DNA of 37,941 bases, taken from the NCBI GenBank assembly GCA_013361075.1, contig JABWAJ010000001.1:1-37941 (forward strand), in the 5' to 3' direction. The notes under the pieces were generated by a model. The model was not told the DNA's origin and searched no databases. It was given only the letters and a program-made list of their open reading frames with translations. Position 1 is the first letter of the stretch. Every line of letters begins with the position of its first letter. This DNA comes from Saprospiraceae bacterium. Lineage in GTDB: Bacteria; Bacteroidota; Bacteroidia; Chitinophagales; Saprospiraceae. Shown here one piece after another: positions 32,915 through 37,941 of the stretch. The translations under genes were made by a program, and so were the position numbers.

Positions 32915-34687
32915 ATGAACCAATACGAAGTACTCAGACAAAATCACCTGAACGATTACCTCCAATTGACCCGAAAGTACAACCTGCTGAGCGCTGTCAG
33001 GCTGGCGGTGGTATTGGGCAGCATCGTTGGATTCTATGATTATTTCCAGGCAGACCGCTTTGCATCGCTCTGGATTGCACTGTTTCTGGCGGCATTGTTT
33101 TTGGTGTTGATCAAAATCCACGATAAAATCTCCTGGAATCGAAAGGTAAAAAAAACGCTGGTCGGGATCAATGAAGACGAATTGGCTTACCTCAGCCACA
33201 CGGCGATCCCGTTTGAAGACGGTACGGACAAGATCGATCCTGCGCATGCTTATGCTTACGATCTGGATATTTTTGGAAAAAATTCACTTTTTCAGCACCT
33301 GAACAGAACGGCAACCTGGATTGGCAAAACCAAACTTGCGGAGTTGCTGCTTTCGCTACTGCCCAATACCGCCATCCACGCCAACCAGGCCGCAGTAAAG
33401 GAACTCGCCGAAAAAATCAATTGGAGGCAGGATGTGCTGGCGCTTGGGAAGTTGATCAGTGACAGTCGGGAAGCATATGATAAGTTAGTGGATTGGTCAA
33501 AGAACCAGGGGAAGGAAATGGCGCATATTTGGGTGTTGGCCATGTATGTGTCACCGATGGTTTTAATCGGGGCGTTCATCGGTTTTATTGCGACCAAAAA
33601 TACGGCATTTGGAGATACTGCAGTGGTTTTGTTCCTGTTAAACCTGGGTATCCTGATTGTGTTAAACAAACAAATCCGGCTCGAAATCGTGAATCTGGAC
33701 AAAGTTTCTGAAATCATCCGGATGTATGGTTTGATCCTTGAAAAAATCGGGCAGGAAAATTTTGAAGCAGATCGCCTGAATGCACTAAAAAACAAACTTC
33801 AGGACGGGACCGGAACAGCCAGTGTGCAAATCAAAAAGCTGTCAGCCTTATTTGCAAACTTAGACAGCATTCAGAATGGGCTGGCTGCTATTCTGTTTAA
33901 CGGGGTGTTTTTATACCATGCGCATGTGCTTCGGAGGCTTCTTCAATGGAAAAAAGCACATTCCGCACAAATTCCCGTCTGGCTGGATGTAATCGGCGAA
34001 ATTGAAACGCTGAACAGCCTTGCTAATTTTTCCTGCAACAATCCGGCCTTTGCATTTCCGGAGTTAAACGACCGCTTTGAAATCGAGTTCCGGCGCCTTG
34101 GCCATCCGCTCCTCCCGCAGGAAAAAAGAGTTTGCAACGACGTGGATTTTAACGTCCATCCTTTCATGATCCTGACCGGCTCCAACATGTCGGGCAAAAG
34201 TACATTTTTGAGAACCTTAGGCATCAATATGATTCTTGCGGGCGCAGGTGCCCCGGTTTGTGCAACACAAGCCCGTGTTCATCCATTGAATGTGCTGGTT
34301 TCCATGCGGTTGTCTGATTCCCTCAGCGATAGTGAATCTTATTTTTTCGCAGAAGTAAAAAGACTGAAAGGGATCATGAACGCACTCGGGACCCGGAATT
34401 GCTTTGTTTTGCTGGACGAGATCCTGCGGGGAACGAACTCCGACGATAAGCGAAGCGGAACCCTTGGTGTTATTAAAAAAATGGTGGCACACCACGCCAT
34501 TGGTGCCATTGCAACACATGACCTTGAAGTTTGCCTGATTGCCGATGACTACCCCGATACCCTCGTCAACCGATGTTTTGAAGTGGAAATTATTGACGAT
34601 GAATTGGTCTTTGATTATACCTTGAGGGCAGGTATTTGCAAAAATAAAAGCGCTACTTTTCTGATGAAAAAGATGGAGATTATTTAA
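32915..34687 (+). CDS. MutS-related protein (membrane-anchored, MutS domain V ATPase only)
   Basis: 590 aa. N-terminal TM helices. Walker A TGSNMSGKSTFLRTLG, Walker B FVLLDEILRGTNSDD, AIATHDLE. Confidence 0.85.
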   Translation: MNQYEVLRQNHLNDYLQLTRKYNLLSAVRLAVVLGSIVGFYDYFQADRFASLWIALFLAALFLVLIKIHDKISWNRKVKKTLVGINEDELAYLSHTAIPFEDGTDKIDPAHAYAYDLDIFGKNSLFQHLNRTATWIGKTKLAELLLSLLPNTAIHANQAAVKELAEKINWRQDVLALGKLISDSREAYDKLVDWSKNQGKEMAHIWVLAMYVSPMVLIGAFIGFIATKNTAFGDTAVVLFLLNLGILIVLNKQIRLEIVNLDKVSEIIRMYGLILEKIGQENFEADRLNALKNKLQDGTGTASVQIKKLSALFANLDSIQNGLAAILFNGVFLYHAHVLRRLLQWKKAHSAQIPVWLDVIGEIETLNSLANFSCNNPAFAFPELNDRFEIEFRRLGHPLLPQEKRVCNDVDFNVHPFMILTGSNMSGKSTFLRTLGINMILAGAGAPVCATQARVHPLNVLVSMRLSDSLSDSESYFFAEVKRLKGIMNALGTRNCFVLLDEILRGTNSDDKRSGTLGVIKKMVAHHAIGAIATHDLEVCLIADDYPDTLVNRCFEVEIIDDELVFDYTLRAGICKNKSATFLMKKMEII

Positions 34688-34774
34688 GGGTTTTCTGCTT
34701 TTACCGGGCTTCAGTGCGTATTTCTACGCGTTTTTATTTTACCGTATAAATGCGCAGGTTTTCAGAAGACAAGC

Positions 34775-34969
34775 ATGTTATCTTTAATGTTGGTATCTGG
34801 TTTCATCATCTGCCTCCTTAACGGGGTTAAAGCTCAATTTGCGCAGGCTGCTGGAGGAATTGAAAAAATGGACGGCGTGCCCGCTCTGGTACAAGTGAAA
34901 ATCCCGCTCAAAGATATTGCCCCAATTGTACCGATTAGTGACGACACCTTGGTTTTTTGTATTAACTAA
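34775..34969 (+). CDS. 64-codon ORF with a signal-peptide-like N-terminus, in-frame with the downstream GH18-like ORF (possibly its detached N-terminus)
   Basis: MLSLMLVSGFIICLLNGVKAQ... Stop TAA at 34967-34969 is in the same frame as ATG 34982. See the matching finding. Confidence 0.25.
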   Translation: MLSLMLVSGFIICLLNGVKAQFAQAAGGIEKMDGVPALVQVKIPLKDIAPIVPISDDTLVFCIN

Positions 34970-34981
34970 ACCCTCAACATC

Positions 34982-35911
34982 ATGAGTACATTCAATTATT
35001 CTTTTTACGGAGAAGGCATCATGTATCCGCCTGACCTTGCCCCCAACATCAGTGCCATTCAGCAAGCTGGCTGGACCTCTGTCATCCTGAGCCTGTTTCA
35101 CATTGACGCCAACGGCAACATCATTTACAACAACCCGATGATCATCCAAAATGGTACGTATGTGGGCGATCCGGCCTGGCCCGGTCAGGTTGCGCAGTTG
35201 AAAGGTGGCTCTGTGAATACCATTCTTGCTTCCATAGGAGGTTGGGACGTTTCTGATTTCAGCAACCTTAAGACCATTTACAACAACAACAACAATTCTT
35301 TCCAGGGCACGCTGCTGCAAAGTAATTTCCAGGTTTTTCGTACCACCTTCCCTGACATCAGCATCATTGATATGGATTGCGAAAACACCTACGACCAGGA
35401 TTCTTTTGTCGCTTTCTGCGAAATGCTGATTGAAATCGGCTTTGGCATTACGTTTTGCCCGTATGATCTGGGTGAATTGGATTTCTGGACGGGCTCCTTA
35501 GCCGCCATCCAATCGAACTATCCTGGCGGGGTGAAATGGTGGAATTTACAGTGCTACGCCGGAGGCGGGGGCAATACTCAGGGGGTACTTCCTATTTGGC
35601 TGAATGCCATTAGAAAAGCCATTCCGGGCTTTAATACCGATGGCTATATCCAGGTCAGCGACTGGAGCCGGTTCTGGAACGTACCGGAATACGGCCCCCC
35701 ATATTGGGATGGCGATTGCCCGCAAGCTGTACAAAACTGGATTTCCCAATTTAATGGAGACGCATCGGTTGGTGGTGCGTTCATCTGGAACCTCGATCAG
35801 ATTCTGACTTACGAAAGTACAGAACAGCAGCATCCCGACCCGCAAAGTTGCGGCAATGTCGGGATGACAGATTATGTAAACGCGATGAAGGCCGCTTTGG
35901 GGAGTTCCTAA
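34982..35911 (+). CDS. glycoside hydrolase family 18-like (chitinase-fold) protein, with no signal peptide as annotated
   Basis: 309 aa. ILASIGGWDV (SxGGW motif, 35231-35245), ISIIDMDCE (DxDxE catalytic-motif equivalent, 35369-35383), GAFIWNLDQ (G-x-x-x-W-x-x-D-x C-terminal motif). Confidence 0.55.
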   Translation: MSTFNYSFYGEGIMYPPDLAPNISAIQQAGWTSVILSLFHIDANGNIIYNNPMIIQNGTYVGDPAWPGQVAQLKGGSVNTILASIGGWDVSDFSNLKTIYNNNNNSFQGTLLQSNFQVFRTTFPDISIIDMDCENTYDQDSFVAFCEMLIEIGFGITFCPYDLGELDFWTGSLAAIQSNYPGGVKWWNLQCYAGGGGNTQGVLPIWLNAIRKAIPGFNTDGYIQVSDWSRFWNVPEYGPPYWDGDCPQAVQNWISQFNGDASVGGAFIWNLDQILTYESTEQQHPDPQSCGNVGMTDYVNAMKAALGSS

Positions 35912-37806
35912 TCTTCTAAAAATCCCTCCGGCGAAGCCGATTGTATGCCCCCGATCGAAAAAGGAATATTGAATCCGATAAACGAATAGGGAGTATCCAG
36001 GCCAAAATTCCAGCCCCAGCCTGCGCTGAGCAAATCCCGGAAGGCGGTTATCATGATGCCGGAACCAAATTCCGGGGTACCATCAAGGTTAAAATCCGGG
36101 GAAGAAAAGCCCAGACCAGCGCCAAAAGCAATGAAATCGTTGTAGAATTTGCTTTTGCGGCTGCCCCATTTCAGGATAATGCCGTAGGTGGGGCTGAACT
36201 GGAATTTGTTTTGCAGCGTAATGGCCGGGGTGGAAGCCCGGTTGTAAGGGTTGGCCAGGATGACCGAACCGCTCATTTTGACGTGTACGGCGATGCGCGA
36301 CATGGTTACATAGCGGCGAAGGAGTACTTTTTGTTCAAAATTGCGGTTGCCCTCTTTTTTTCCGCGCTCCAATACGGCTTTGATCAGAATTTCATCGCCC
36401 GCCTTGCGTTCGCCGATGTATTTCAGTTCGATCAGCCCGCTGGCTGGTATGCTGCCTGCTGTGAGCCGCCGAACCTGATCTGAAAAGTCTTCATTGGCTA
36501 AGTAAGCTTTTTTGAATGGATCCAGAATGCTGCGGATCGTAGAAAACAGCCCTTTGATTTCAGCAATGTCCTGATTTACCGAAGTCACATAATTGTCATA
36601 AGCGCCGACCAGATTGTCCAGGTCTGCCGCACCTGGTGCTGTTCCTCCGTCAGCCAGGGCTACTCCTTTTTGCTCGTAAGTAGTCACAGCATCTTTAAAG
36701 CTGGAAAAGGAACGAACAATCAGTGCTGAAAAATCATCAAAAGTTTTGTCAATATTTTCGCTGCTGAGCAACGCTTGCGGAAAGTTGCCGGCAAGATTCT
36801 GGTAGGTTTCAGTGGCTAAGGTATAAAATTGATCCACTTTACTGAGACTCAGATCATTTTCAATCAGAATCCGGGCAGCAGGTTTGGTAGCACTTGACTG
36901 GTTCAGCTCAGCCAGCGTGGTGTTGAATACTTTTTTGAATTTTACTCTCGAAGTATCCGACGGAAACAAGTTCCCAACCCTGGATTTGATGAGTTGACGA
37001 AAAGAAAAAGTTGCATTGGAGGTATTAACCTGAAGGCTGTCATTGAGCATGCTGGTTTCGCTAAGTGCATTTTTCTCAGCCGCCGACAAAGGAGCGCTGA
37101 AACTCGAAATTTCACTGTAGGCATCTGGTGCGATGTCGTCAAAATTTTCCACATGCACCGGCCTGCCGCCACTTTTGTTTTTGATGAAGGCGCCCAGTCT
37201 GAAAAAAATCAGGAGCGAACTATCCGTTTGGCCGTCCACCTGGAGTTGTTCCATCAGGTTATTCCTCAAATCCTGAGCTTTTTCCTGCAAAAAATTAATG
37301 ACAATGATGATGTAAGGCAGGCCGGAGGTTGCCAGCTGGTTTGCTACAATTGGACTGTTCGAAAGTTCTTCATACAATTCATCATCGAGCGTATTTTCAA
37401 GTTCTTCAAGAAACTCGTCAGATTGAGTCGCCAATTCCTTGTAGTCCTGCATGGTAGGCGTACCATTCCCCGAAAATTTTTCGTTGATGAGACCGATGAT
37501 TTTGTTTTGATTCCGAAGCAGGGTATTGAATTCCTTCAATTTTTGCAGGCGACTATCGGATCCTGAAATTCCCTGAAACCGAAACATTTCGTCTTCCAGT
37601 GCAGCAAGATCAATTTTGATATGCACCATGCTGTTGATGTCTACTATAGCCGGCCCGGTTGAGGGCAGCGTATCCATGTATTTCCCGGAAGTGCTTTCCT
37701 CTATCAGCGTAAAAATGCTTGACGGGGTCAATTGTGCCCGACAGGGAGCGGCAGCGAGGAAGAAAAACAGGGCTACAACTGCGGTATAAAATGGCATGGA
37801 TCTCAT
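35908..37806 (-). CDS. hypothetical secreted protein (632 aa)
   Basis: Signal peptide MRSMPFYTAVVALFFFLAAAPCRAQ. A long helical or low-complexity middle and a Gly/aromatic-rich C-terminal ~90 aa (...FGAGLGFSSPDFNLDGTPEFGSGIMITAF...GWGWNFGLDTPYSFIGFNIPFSIGG...). No family recognised. Confidence 0.55.
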   Translation of the reverse strand: MRSMPFYTAVVALFFFLAAAPCRAQLTPSSIFTLIEESTSGKYMDTLPSTGPAIVDINSMVHIKIDLAALEDEMFRFQGISGSDSRLQKLKEFNTLLRNQNKIIGLINEKFSGNGTPTMQDYKELATQSDEFLEELENTLDDELYEELSNSPIVANQLATSGLPYIIIVINFLQEKAQDLRNNLMEQLQVDGQTDSSLLIFFRLGAFIKNKSGGRPVHVENFDDIAPDAYSEISSFSAPLSAAEKNALSETSMLNDSLQVNTSNATFSFRQLIKSRVGNLFPSDTSRVKFKKVFNTTLAELNQSSATKPAARILIENDLSLSKVDQFYTLATETYQNLAGNFPQALLSSENIDKTFDDFSALIVRSFSSFKDAVTTYEQKGVALADGGTAPGAADLDNLVGAYDNYVTSVNQDIAEIKGLFSTIRSILDPFKKAYLANEDFSDQVRRLTAGSIPASGLIELKYIGERKAGDEILIKAVLERGKKEGNRNFEQKVLLRRYVTMSRIAVHVKMSGSVILANPYNRASTPAITLQNKFQFSPTYGIILKWGSRKSKFYNDFIAFGAGLGFSSPDFNLDGTPEFGSGIMITAFRDLLSAGWGWNFGLDTPYSFIGFNIPFSIGGIQSASPEGFLED

Positions 37807-37941
37807 ATATCGCGGGTATCAGGGATGAGGGAAATAGCAGCACTAAACGCGCGTTGCATTTGAAACATGCTGAGTGCTTTGCGTTTGTCAGTGGAATCTG
37901 GCGACAAAGAAGGATCTTTATAAATCAAATACGCCGCCTTG

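Overview
The 37.9-kb window is essentially one Bacteroidota-style chromosomal segment. Supporting signs are roughly 45-50% GC by eye, two proteins with T9SS C-terminal sorting domains, TAnnTTTG -7 boxes, and a PSP1-holB-rsmG-rluA housekeeping block. The exception is the first ~450 nt, which are unrelated ~70% GC DNA joined in-frame to a truncated PSP1 gene (probable chimeric or rearranged junction). I count about 35 credible CDSs and recognise no rRNA, tRNA, CRISPR array, transposase or integrase. Layout: 1-4.5 kb is housekeeping. 4.7-9 kb holds a Wzz-like gene, an O-antigen-ligase-like gene, a PaaI thioesterase and a T9SS cargo protein. At ~10.25 kb a C-terminally truncated mutA-like gene abuts a DinD-like gene fragment (rearrangement scar). 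A beta-propeller/Y_Y_Y/LuxR one-component regulator follows. The most interesting part is an orphan same-strand module at 13.5-19.3 kb with three genes: a small 2-TM protein; a 456-aa trans-isoprenyl-diphosphate-synthase-fold protein whose two Asp-rich catalytic motifs are degenerate; and a 1138-aa protein with histidine-kinase/GHKL-like N, F and G2 boxes and a receiver-like C-terminus carrying His at the phospho-acceptor position. Downstream come an FNT channel, a GNAT, DUF1361, and a low-GC islet with an Mrr-type restriction endonuclease plus a UPF0175/DUF3368(PIN) toxin-antitoxin pair. After that: PaaK, a run of DUF1801/YdeI/DUF1905 small proteins, an MBL hydrolase, a GNAT, a Cys-rich FN3-like-repeat T9SS cargo, an S41 peptidase and a MutS-related ATPase. 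The window ends with a GH18-like protein preceded in-frame by a signal-peptide mini-ORF, and a 632-aa orphan secreted protein. Intergenic DNA carries three unusual repeat families: 7-nt-periodic word repeats arranged as inverted arms, a 34-bp exact duplicate, and a ~36-bp REP-like element in three copies. All product calls come from motif-level reading of the translations, not from database searches.
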